From positions 1 to 35,526 of the forward strand of contig JBIICY010000013.1 in NCBI GenBank assembly GCA_044238605.1: a stretch of DNA of 35,526 nucleotides, written 5' to 3'. The DNA is from Patescibacteria group bacterium. Lineage in GTDB: Bacteria > Bacteroidota > Ignavibacteria > Kapaibacteriales > Kapaibacteriaceae. The notes beneath the pieces were generated by a model. That model had not been told where the DNA came from. It was given only the letters and a program-made list of their open reading frames with translations, and made no database searches. The translations under genes and the position numbers were made by a program. Shown one piece after another: positions 1 through 7,617 of the stretch (the stretch's first letter is position 1; the number at the start of each line of letters is the position of its first letter).

Positions 1-243
1 CATGGAAACCCAATGCGACGCTGCTCAAGGGGCGGCAGGGTACCGGTCATCACGCCATCCACATACCGCTCCGTATGCGCAAGCAGCACATCCTCGCGCG
101 ATGCCACACCAGGGTCGAACAACTCATGCTGCTCCACAATCCCACGCTCGAGCAGCGTTTCGCGCAGCATCCTGTACTTGCGCATCGGAAATCGATGTCC
201 CTCTGGCAAATCGATGGTGTAATGGTCGGAGTAGAAGATTTTC
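1..243 (-). CDS. HDAC/AcuC-family (arginase-deacetylase fold) protein, N-terminal part; gene continues beyond window start
   Basis: Minus-strand ATG at 243 reads MKIFYSDHYTIDLPEGHRFPMRKYRMLRETLLERGIVEQHELFDPGVASREDVLLAHTERYVDGV... with no stop before the window edge. This N-terminus is typical of histone-deacetylase-like amidohydrolases (from memory). It is absent from the supplied ORF track because it has no in-window stop. Confidence 0.55.
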
Positions 244-260
244 ATAAGCAACAATTTCCA

Positions 261-405
261 ATTACGAGTTACGAATTACGAATTACGTCATTGGTACTTC
301 GTCATTGGTACTTCGTCATTGGTACTTCGTCATTGGTACTTCGTCATTCGTACCTCGTAATTAGTACTTCGTAATTAGTAATCAGTCCCTAGTCCCTCGT
401 CCCTA
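261..405. repeat. Tandem 7-mer (TTACGAR x3.5) then ~10 drifting 14-mer units (TCATTGGTACTTCG x4, TCATTCGTACCTCG, TAATTAGTACTTCG, ..., TCCCTAGTCCCTCG)
   Basis: Read directly: attacgagttacgaattacgaattacg then gtcattggtacttcg repeated with 14-bp period, ending gtccctagtccctcgtccctagt. Lies in the leader between the TraB-like gene stop (389) and the HDAC-like gene start (243). Confidence 0.9.
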
Positions 406-1288
406 GTACATTCCTCCGTCTTCCTCCCATTACCGGATCTACGCTATATCCGTTGTTGGAAAGAAGCGTAAGAACAGATGATGGGCCGGCTAGGTGAAGG
501 GCGCCGATGGCGATGAAGGCGCCGCCATCGTTGATAAGGGGGATCATGCGTTGGACGAAGCGTTGATTGCGTTTGTCATTGAGGGTTTCAAGGTCTGCCC
601 CTTTGGTGAATTCTGGATCACGTGCGGCTTGGTCGAGTGAGTCGAGGTGTTCTCCAATGTAGTAACGAGTAAGAGTGGCAAGTTGCTTGGAGCTCGAATC
701 GTTGCCGCGGATCATTTCCAGGAGGGCATCTGCTGGTTGCTCGTTGATCACGGCGAGTTGTTCGCCCAGGGTTTCGAGTCCAACGCGTTTGAGTTTCTGT
801 TTGCGTGCCTTGCTCCAGAGAAACTCATCGAGCGAGGTCGAGGCTGTCTTTTCCATGGACTGCATCATCACCATCATGCCGATGATGCCGGGTTTGAGTC
901 GTGGACATAGCGCCTTAAGTGGGGCCGCAACTTCTCCAAGTCGTGTGCAGATCTCATCAACTGTGGCCGAATCATAGAGGTCGTAGAGCGTGCTGTTTTT
1001 CATGACAAGGATCGACGGATCCATCATTTGACGCATCAGAGAATCCAGGTTAAGCTCTGAAGCATAGACGCGGGAGGATGCAATGAGCGATATCACCGTG
1101 TCACGGATGTAGAACACGTTGGTGTCGGGTGCATGGATCGTCCCAAAGACATAGCTGGTAGCCCCTTTCGGCGTGATGATACGCCAGAGCAGGCTCTGCG
1201 GAAGTGCTCCGGTTTGTGCCTGCACAATCGTTGTGAGCGCAGTAACCAGCACGGCTGCGTGTACAATTAGCCTTCGGTGATTCGTCAT
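389..1288 (-). CDS. TraB/GumN family protein (secreted)
   Basis: ORF 389..1333(-). The first ATG is at 1288; 1333 is a TTG. The start MTNHRRLIVHAAVLVTALTTIVQAQ looks like a signal peptide. Motif LLWRIITPKGATSYVFGTIHAPD matches the TraB/GumN (PF01963) signature LWkv.k.g..syLfGTiH from memory. Confidence 0.65.
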   Translation of the reverse strand: MTNHRRLIVHAAVLVTALTTIVQAQTGALPQSLLWRIITPKGATSYVFGTIHAPDTNVFYIRDTVISLIASSRVYASELNLDSLMRQMMDPSILVMKNSTLYDLYDSATVDEICTRLGEVAAPLKALCPRLKPGIIGMMVMMQSMEKTASTSLDEFLWSKARKQKLKRVGLETLGEQLAVINEQPADALLEMIRGNDSSSKQLATLTRYYIGEHLDSLDQAARDPEFTKGADLETLNDKRNQRFVQRMIPLINDGGAFIAIGALHLAGPSSVLTLLSNNGYSVDPVMGGRRRNVLGTRD

Positions 1289-1312
1289 GTTCGTGGTATT
1301 CTTGCGGTTCGT

Positions 1313-2425
1313 ATGAAAACGTATCAGATGCAAATATCGCTTCTCATCCTCGTGATGATCTTCTCATTCGGCAGGGGGCTTGCACAAGTTGCCCCGGATG
1401 TGGCGCGTCGGGCCGATTCTGCAGCAAAGAAGGCTGTGGAGATGATGGATAACAACCTGCCGGAGTCTGCTCTTGAGGTGTGGGACGTTGCCATTAAGCT
1501 TGTTCCGTACTACGTGCCCTACAAGTACGAAAAGGCCGTCTGCTATGTGATGGCCAAGAAGTACCAAGAGGCAGTGGCTATTCTGAAGGGCATCTACACG
1601 GACAAAACCCTTGGCGACAGGGGATACCAGTTGCTAGGGAACTGCTATGATTTTCTGGAGGACACGTCTGCATCGTATGCAGTCTATTCAGACGGACTTG
1701 TCGCCAATCCAAAGTCGGGTAGGTTGCACTTTGAGATTGGACAGCGCAAGTACCTGCAGAAAGACCGGAAGGGGGCTCACGAGTTCTGGCTTAAAGGTAC
1801 ACGCGCAGAACCTCGGTATGCCACGAACTACTACTGGCTTGCACGGTCGTATTCTGAAACGCGCGACAGACTTTGGTCAGCGCTCTTTGGAGAAGCATTT
1901 CTGAACCTTGAGCGCAACACGCAGCGCACACGCGAGATTTCGAAACTTGTCTACGATATGTGGAATCTCTCGATGCGGCTGGGAGACACACTCGACCCAA
2001 TCAACTTCTGCACAGAAGAAACGCTTGAAGTGCCAGATAAGAGGGGTCCGGATGTGATGAACTTTCCAACGGCATTTGAGTTTACCGTGGCCCAGGCATC
2101 GCAGCCGTTTATCATCAAGGATTCGGTGATCAAGGGCTTGTCCATCGAAAAGCTCGTAGACCTGCGTTACCGCTTCACCCGTGCGTGGATATCCTCCGGC
2201 AACGACTCGCTGCACACCAACGACCTGCTGCGCTGGAGCATGTACCTGCAGAAGCAGGGCAGACTTAAAGAATACCTCTGGTGGCTCTACTCCTACGGCG
2301 ATATCCGGGAGATGAATGCCTACTTTAAGAAGAACGAAGAGCGGTACGATGTTTTCCTAGTTTGGTTTGGAGAAAACCAGCTCTCGTTCGATAAGCCCCT
2401 TTGCTTGGGACTTGGTTGTCAGTAA
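1313..2425 (+). CDS. hypothetical secreted protein, TPR-like helical repeats
   Basis: ORF 1277(GTG)..2425. The first ATG at 1313 gives MKTYQMQISLLILVMIFSFGRGLAQ (signal peptide). The body is helical and repeat-like with YYW/LAR motifs. No confident family. Divergent from the TraB-like gene, 25 bp apart. Confidence 0.5.
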   Translation: MKTYQMQISLLILVMIFSFGRGLAQVAPDVARRADSAAKKAVEMMDNNLPESALEVWDVAIKLVPYYVPYKYEKAVCYVMAKKYQEAVAILKGIYTDKTLGDRGYQLLGNCYDFLEDTSASYAVYSDGLVANPKSGRLHFEIGQRKYLQKDRKGAHEFWLKGTRAEPRYATNYYWLARSYSETRDRLWSALFGEAFLNLERNTQRTREISKLVYDMWNLSMRLGDTLDPINFCTEETLEVPDKRGPDVMNFPTAFEFTVAQASQPFIIKDSVIKGLSIEKLVDLRYRFTRAWISSGNDSLHTNDLLRWSMYLQKQGRLKEYLWWLYSYGDIREMNAYFKKNEERYDVFLVWFGENQLSFDKPLCLGLGCQ

Positions 2426-2474
2426 GGCAGCCAGATGCTATATTTGCGGTCCTTGTTAAACCTTTACGACTCCT

Positions 2475-2855
2475 ATGGATACGCTTTTTTCAGTGCTCGC
2501 ACTCATCGCTTCGGTTCTGCTCATCCTTGCTGTAATCATTCAGCCAGGCAAGTCTGATATGATTTCAGGCATGGCAGGCTTGGGCGGACAAATGACGAAC
2601 CTCTTTGGTGCACGTCAGTCACGCAACGTTCTGCAGAGCGCTACGATGGTTCTGTTGGGGTCTATCGCGCTGATCGCCATCCTCGTCAATGCCTTCTTCC
2701 TCGAAGAAGCAGCCGTTGGATCTACACGTCAGCCAACAACACAGGGTGCGCCAATGCCAGCTATGCCAGCTCCAGCACGTCAGGCTCAGCCAGCAGCTCA
2801 GCCAGCACCGGCACAGCAAGCGCCAGCACAGCCAGCAGCTCCTGCTGGTAAGTAA
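2475..2855 (+). CDS. secG: preprotein translocase subunit SecG, with Pro/Ala/Gln-rich C-terminal tail
   Basis: MDTLFSVLALIASVLLILAVIIQPGKSDMISGMAGLGGQMTNLFGARQSRNVLQSATMVLLGSIALIAILVNAFFL is a textbook SecG (two TM segments, GG..G...FG motif). The C-terminus is an atypical low-complexity stretch PAMPAPARQAQPAAQPAPAQQAPAQPAAPAGK. Confidence 0.85.
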   Translation: MDTLFSVLALIASVLLILAVIIQPGKSDMISGMAGLGGQMTNLFGARQSRNVLQSATMVLLGSIALIAILVNAFFLEEAAVGSTRQPTTQGAPMPAMPAPARQAQPAAQPAPAQQAPAQPAAPAGK

Positions 2856-2881
2856 GCTTTTACTCGATACGCGAATCACAA

Positions 2882-2910
2882 GGCGCTTCCCGCAACGGAG
2901 CGCCTTTTTT
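2882..2910 (+). terminator. rho-independent terminator after secG
   Basis: ggcgcttcccgcaacggagcgcc stem-loop (GGCGCT/AGCGCC) followed by TTTTTT at 2905-2910. Confidence 0.6.
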
Positions 2911-2937
2911 GTAGACACGAGCGCAAGAGACCATCTC

Positions 2938-4602
2938 ATGGCAACAACAATTGGTTCGGCAGTAACCCACGATCTAAACTTTGAATCAAATGCCGATGCG
3001 AACAAGCAGACGTTTCGCATGATCGACGGCGTCTCGCAATCGGTTATGCTTGGCGGTGGCAAGAAGTCTATTGAGCGCCACAAGGCCAAGGGCAAGCTCA
3101 CGGCACGCGAGCGCATTGCGTTGCTTGTGGACGAAGACAGTGCGTTTCTCGAGGTCGGACTCCTTACCGCGCACGGCATGTATGAGCAAGAAGGGGGCTG
3201 CCCGTCCGCAGGTGTGGTTACGGGCATTGGCATCATCCACGGACGCGAGTGCATGATCGTAGCAAACGATGCTACGGTAAAGGCGGGCGCATGGTTTCCG
3301 ATGACGGCAAAGAAGAACATGCGCGCGCAAGAGATCGCGATGGAGAATCGGATTCCGATCATCTACCTTGTGGACTCCGCTGGGGTGTTTCTGCCGATGC
3401 AGGATGAGATCTTCCCCGACAAAGAACATTTCGGACGTCAGTTCCGCAACAACGCCATGATGAGCGCTATGGGCATTCCGCAGATTGCGGCCATCATGGG
3501 CCCGTGCGTTGCAGGCGGCGCATACCTGCCCATCATGTCAGACGAAGCAATCATCGTCAACGGCACCGGCAGCGTCTTCCTCGCAGGACCTGCCCTTGTA
3601 GAAGCTGCCATTGGAGAGAAGACAGGCATAGAGCCCCTTGGCGGAGCAACAATGCACAGCACCGTATCGGGCGTGATCGATTACAAGGTTGACTCAGACG
3701 AAGAAGCTCTCTCGACCATTCGCTCTCTCGTTGAGAAGTTCTCGCCTACACTTGGCAAGAAGGATCTCTTCTCGCGCGTAGAACCACGCGAGCCAGCGTT
3801 TGATCAAGAAGAGATCTACGGCATTATGCCATCGGATAGAGCAAAGCCCTACAACACACGTCAGATCATTGCACGCTTGGTCGACGGATCAGAATTCGAC
3901 GAATACAAGGCCGGGTTCGGTCAGACCATCATCTGCGGCTATGCCCGCATCGACGGCTGGAGCGTTGGCATCGTGGCCAACAACCGCGAGATCTCGAAGT
4001 CAGGCAAAGGCGAGATGCAGGTAGGGGGCGTGATCTACTCCGACTCTGCAGATAAAGCAGCACGCTTCATTCTGAACTGCAACCAGCGCGGAATTCCACT
4101 CGTGTTTCTGCAGGACGTAACAGGCTTCATGGTGGGCACACGCGCAGAGCAGGGCGGCATCATCAAAGACGGCGCAAAGCTTGTTAATGCCGTCGCCAAT
4201 TCTGTTGTACCAAAGTTTACGATCATCATCGGCAACTCGTATGGGGCTGGCAACTACGCTATGTGCGGCAAGGCCTACGATCCACGTCTGATCTATGCCT
4301 GGCCAACGGCGCAGATCGCTGTAATGGGCGGCGCGCAGGCAGCAAAGACGTTGTTGACGATTAAGATTGCCACGCTTGAGAAGCAGGGCGAAGTGTTAAC
4401 GCCCGAGAAGCAGGCGGCAATGCTCAAGGATATACAAGCCAAGTACGATGCAACCACAACGCCGGTCTATGCGGCGTCGAAGCTCTGGGTAGACGGCATC
4501 ATTGCTCCAACAGACACGCGCAACGTTATCTCGCGCGGCATTGCCGTGGCATCGCATCAGGGCTCGATCCCCGAGCTCAAGACAGGCGTATTCCAGGTAT
4601 AG
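2938..4602 (+). CDS. acyl-CoA carboxylase carboxyltransferase subunit (methylcrotonyl-/propionyl-CoA carboxylase beta-chain family)
   Basis: In-frame ATG at 2938 inside ORF 2689..4602 gives MATTIGSAVTHDLNFESNADANKQTFRMIDGVSQSV... Hallmark carboxyltransferase blocks are present: KLTARERIALLVDEDSAFLE, GVVTGIGIIHGRECMIVANDATVKAGAW, MGPCVAGGAYLP and GNSYGAGNYAM. Size is ~554 aa. Confidence 0.8.
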   Translation: MATTIGSAVTHDLNFESNADANKQTFRMIDGVSQSVMLGGGKKSIERHKAKGKLTARERIALLVDEDSAFLEVGLLTAHGMYEQEGGCPSAGVVTGIGIIHGRECMIVANDATVKAGAWFPMTAKKNMRAQEIAMENRIPIIYLVDSAGVFLPMQDEIFPDKEHFGRQFRNNAMMSAMGIPQIAAIMGPCVAGGAYLPIMSDEAIIVNGTGSVFLAGPALVEAAIGEKTGIEPLGGATMHSTVSGVIDYKVDSDEEALSTIRSLVEKFSPTLGKKDLFSRVEPREPAFDQEEIYGIMPSDRAKPYNTRQIIARLVDGSEFDEYKAGFGQTIICGYARIDGWSVGIVANNREISKSGKGEMQVGGVIYSDSADKAARFILNCNQRGIPLVFLQDVTGFMVGTRAEQGGIIKDGAKLVNAVANSVVPKFTIIIGNSYGAGNYAMCGKAYDPRLIYAWPTAQIAVMGGAQAAKTLLTIKIATLEKQGEVLTPEKQAAMLKDIQAKYDATTTPVYAASKLWVDGIIAPTDTRNVISRGIAVASHQGSIPELKTGVFQV

Positions 4603-4606
4603 CCCC

Positions 4607-7273
4607 ATGATTAGCGAGCTGCAAGAAACCATCGGGAGCGAGCGCGTTTCGACGAAGCTCACCGAGCGTCTTGCCTATGCTCACGACGCATCGTTCTATA
4701 GGCTTGTGCCTCAAGCTGTGGTGCGTCCAACCACCGTTGATCACATCAAGCAGATCCTGCAGTGGTGCACGCGGACGTCTACATCGTGCACCTTCCGCAC
4801 AGGAGGCACCAGCATATCGGGTCAGGCCGTAACAGACGGCATCATCGTCGACCTCTCACGCGACTGGCATCATGTGGCTATTGCTTCTGATGCGAGCAGC
4901 GTTACCATGCAGCCAGGGATCACGGGTGCTCGGGTGAATGCCATGCTTGCCCCGTACGGACGCAAGATTGGTCCTGACCCCGCATCGCTCATCGCTGCGA
5001 TGATCGGTGGCATTGTTGCAAACAACTCAAGCGGCATGTGCTGTGGCACGGCGCAGAACTCCTACCACACCCTTGATGGCATGACGTATCTGCTTGCCAA
5101 CGGCGTGATGATCGACACACGCAGTCCCGATGCCGATGCAACCCTGCGCGAGCATGCACCAGAGATCCATGCCGATATTGCGGCGTTGCGTGATGATGTC
5201 CGCAACGATGCAGACCTCGTTGCAACGATTCGCAGAAAGTACCGGATCAAGAACACGATCGGATATTCCCTCAATGCATTTCTCGACGAAGACCAGCCGG
5301 CGCGCATCATTGCAAAGCTGCTTGTGGGCAGCGAGGGTACGCTTGGGTTTATTGACGACGTAACGCTGCGCACGGTTGCTGATGCAGCGATAAAGCACAC
5401 AGCGTTCATCGTCTACGACACGCTCGACGAAGCATGCATTGATGTGTCGTATTGGCGCGATGCCGGAGCCGCAGCGATCGAGATCATGGACGACGCATCG
5501 CTGCGCTCGTTTGCACACCTGCCAACCACGCCAGATCAGTATCGCATTGATAAACCCGGCGCAGCGGCGTTGCTTGTGGAGTTTCACAACTGCGAGCCCC
5601 CTGCAGACCCTCAGCGCAAGGTTGAATGGTCAACCAACCCCACTGAGCAGCGCGCACTGTGGAAACTTCGCAAGGGGCTTATGCCAACTGTTGGCGCAAT
5701 GCGCAAGGCAGGGCAGAGCATGATCAACGAAGACGTGGCCGTGCCTGTTGAGCATTTAGCGTCGCTCGTAAAAGACGTCCAGCAAGCGTTTCTCGACTTC
5801 GGCTATCATGATGGCATCGTGTTTGGTCATGCCAAGGACGGCAACATCCACTTTATCATGAACCAGTCGTTTAACGAGCAGAGTGAGGTAGATAGATACT
5901 CAGCATTCATGGACCGCATAGTAACCATCGTTATCGATCGGTATCAGGGATCGCTCAAGGCAGAGCATGGCACTGGACGTAACATGGCGCCATTTGTGCA
6001 GCATGAATGGGGCAAAGGTGCCTATGCCGTGATGAAGCGCATCAAGGCACTGCTTGATCCGCACGACATCCTAAACCGTGGCGTGTTGATGAACGAAGAC
6101 CACAGCGTGCACACCTCCAACCTGAAGCCCGTGCCGGCCTTTGCAGGGGAGGAAGAGCACCAGACCAACTTGTGTATCGAGTGCGGGTTCTGTGAGCACG
6201 TATGTCCTACGCGGGGTCATTCCCTTACGCCACGTCAGCGCATTGTGCTACAGCGGGAAATGGTAATGTCACAGAGTGACGCGGAGCGCAAGCAGATCCA
6301 GCGCGAGTACGAGCGAGATGGGGCAGACACCTGCGCGGTTGACTCCTTCTGTTCGGCTGTGTGTCCTGTAGGCATCGACACAGGTGCCATGGTGAAACGT
6401 CAGCGCGCCCGCAAGCGCACATCACTGCGCATTCCTGCGGGCATCATTGCGCGTAACATGCATCACGTGCGAGCGATCATGCGTGGCATGTTTGCGCTTA
6501 ACGCCACGCGCATCGCAAAGGGAGGCAAGCTCCTGCTTGGGTCGCACGTGCCACCTGTGATGCGCGAGCAGACGCAGCACGCTCAGCCGGATATGCTGTA
6601 CGTACGCACATGTGTAAGCTCGTGGCAGAGCAGATCCAGTGGACCTTCGATGCAAGAGCAGATCATAAACCTTGCTACGAAAGCAGGCATCAAGCTGAAC
6701 GTCCTCTATGCAACTCGTGGGTGCTGTGGTCAGCCCCTTGCCTCGAATGGTCAGCCCGAAGCTGCCAATCAAACCATGCACATCATGCTTGCCGACATCG
6801 AGCACGCTCTTGGCGGACGCACCATCCCTGTATTTGTAGACACCTCAACATGTGCCAGCGCCCTCGTAGCAGCAGCCAAAGCAAGGGGCATGGAGATCAT
6901 CGACCAAGTAGGCTTTGCAGAGCGCGTCTTAGAGCGAACAGACATCACACCAACAGACACACCACTCGTTCTGCACCCAGGCTGCGGCAGCGCCAAACTT
7001 GGCACCAGTGAGCGCTTCGAAGCAGTAGCGCGTAGAATCTCGAACAACGTTATCATCCCACCTTCAGCCACCTGCTGCGGCATGGCCGGCTCTCATGGCC
7101 TGTTAAATCCAGACATCGTTGCAAGTGCACTCTCAGCAGAACGCAAAGAGGTCCACAAAGCATGTGGCAGCACCGCAGCCATCGGCATCTCCTGCAACCC
7201 CATGTGCGAAGCCGCGCTCAGCAATACAATTGGTATCGAGTACAAGGGGCTGGTGGAAGTGATTGCTCGGTAG
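4607..7273 (+). CDS. FAD-binding oxidase fused to 4Fe-4S and CCG domains (YdiJ/D-lactate or D-2-hydroxyacid dehydrogenase-like)
   Basis: ATG at 4607 (MISELQETIGSERV...) lies 4 nt after the upstream stop. The N-terminus has a PCMH-type FAD domain (RTGGTSISGQAVTDGIIVDLS), then FAD-oxidase C. Two ferredoxin-like Cys clusters follow (CIECGFCEHVCP, CAVDSFCSAVCPVGIDTG) and Cys-rich CCG-like repeats near the C-terminus (ATRGCCGQPL, PGCGSAK, ATCCGMAGSHG). The architecture is the same as E. coli YdiJ (from memory). Confidence 0.7.
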   Translation: MISELQETIGSERVSTKLTERLAYAHDASFYRLVPQAVVRPTTVDHIKQILQWCTRTSTSCTFRTGGTSISGQAVTDGIIVDLSRDWHHVAIASDASSVTMQPGITGARVNAMLAPYGRKIGPDPASLIAAMIGGIVANNSSGMCCGTAQNSYHTLDGMTYLLANGVMIDTRSPDADATLREHAPEIHADIAALRDDVRNDADLVATIRRKYRIKNTIGYSLNAFLDEDQPARIIAKLLVGSEGTLGFIDDVTLRTVADAAIKHTAFIVYDTLDEACIDVSYWRDAGAAAIEIMDDASLRSFAHLPTTPDQYRIDKPGAAALLVEFHNCEPPADPQRKVEWSTNPTEQRALWKLRKGLMPTVGAMRKAGQSMINEDVAVPVEHLASLVKDVQQAFLDFGYHDGIVFGHAKDGNIHFIMNQSFNEQSEVDRYSAFMDRIVTIVIDRYQGSLKAEHGTGRNMAPFVQHEWGKGAYAVMKRIKALLDPHDILNRGVLMNEDHSVHTSNLKPVPAFAGEEEHQTNLCIECGFCEHVCPTRGHSLTPRQRIVLQREMVMSQSDAERKQIQREYERDGADTCAVDSFCSAVCPVGIDTGAMVKRQRARKRTSLRIPAGIIARNMHHVRAIMRGMFALNATRIAKGGKLLLGSHVPPVMREQTQHAQPDMLYVRTCVSSWQSRSSGPSMQEQIINLATKAGIKLNVLYATRGCCGQPLASNGQPEAANQTMHIMLADIEHALGGRTIPVFVDTSTCASALVAAAKARGMEIIDQVGFAERVLERTDITPTDTPLVLHPGCGSAKLGTSERFEAVARRISNNVIIPPSATCCGMAGSHGLLNPDIVASALSAERKEVHKACGSTAAIGISCNPMCEAALSNTIGIEYKGLVEVIAR

Positions 7274-7296
7274 GGGCGAGCCGGCGGCTCGCCCGC
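7266..7296 (+). repeat. stop-codon-embedded REP-like GC hairpin (CGG TAG GGGCGAGCC ggc GGCTCGCCC)
   Basis: Perfect 9-bp stem GGGCGAGCC/GGCTCGCCC with a 3-nt loop, starting on the TAG stop of the oxidoreductase. The same element recurs at 28868-28933 (two copies) and 30081-30112. Confidence 0.7.
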
Positions 7297-7328
7297 ATGA
7301 TATGCGAATGCGCAGTATGGATTACATG

Positions 7329-7427
7329 TTACGTTTCATGTCGGTGATAACACAGCATCTGCATTGATTCTTTTGTGAAGTAGTTGTACTTCAATTCACG
7401 AAAGGCTTCACTAAATGCAATCCTCAT
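7329..7427 (-). pseudogene. 32-codon remnant of a RelE/ParE-type toxin 5' end (MRIAFSEAFRELKYNYFTKESMQMLCYHRHET*)
   Basis: Lies within repeat copy A. The first ~25 codons are collinear with the start of the 11274..11816(-) ORF (MRIAFSKAFRESMFDYFTQESLQML...). It then diverges and terminates, running antisense into the 3' flank of the upstream gene. Confidence 0.35.
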
Positions 7428-7508
7428 AGAAACAGAATACAGTCGTGAACAGAAAGGTATATCTACGTTCACTGTGTATTGTGACAACCATTACGTCACA
7501 ATCGGGGG
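7354..7508. repeat. copy A of a ~155-bp direct repeat (partner at 11557..11710)
   Basis: Direct comparison with 11557-11710. A 55-bp core is identical (aatacagtcgtgaacagaaaggtatatctacgttcactgtgtattgtgacaacca). The flanks are ~85% identical. An 11-nt cassette differs at almost every base (gttgtacttca here vs atcaaacattg in copy B). Confidence 0.9.
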
Positions 7509-7617
7509 TGTCAGAGTGTAAAAAATAAAATATACTATTTGACCATCTCCCTCGTCATACATGCCAATTATATAGCGCTATAGTAAGACTGAATCCCAAC
7601 ATATTATCGGAGTATGT

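Noticed and set aside
2-374. Plus-strand ORFs 2..247, 13..222 and 75..374 from the ORF track
   Set aside because: The minus strand encodes a convincing HDAC-family N-terminus over 1-243. The plus-strand ORFs are antisense shadows typical of GC-rich DNA. 75..374 also runs through the tandem-repeat tract.
2619-3362. 247-aa minus-strand ORF and other antisense ORFs over 2986-7083
   Set aside because: They lie opposite the carboxyltransferase and FAD/Fe-S oxidoreductase genes, which have unmistakable family motifs. They are shadow frames.
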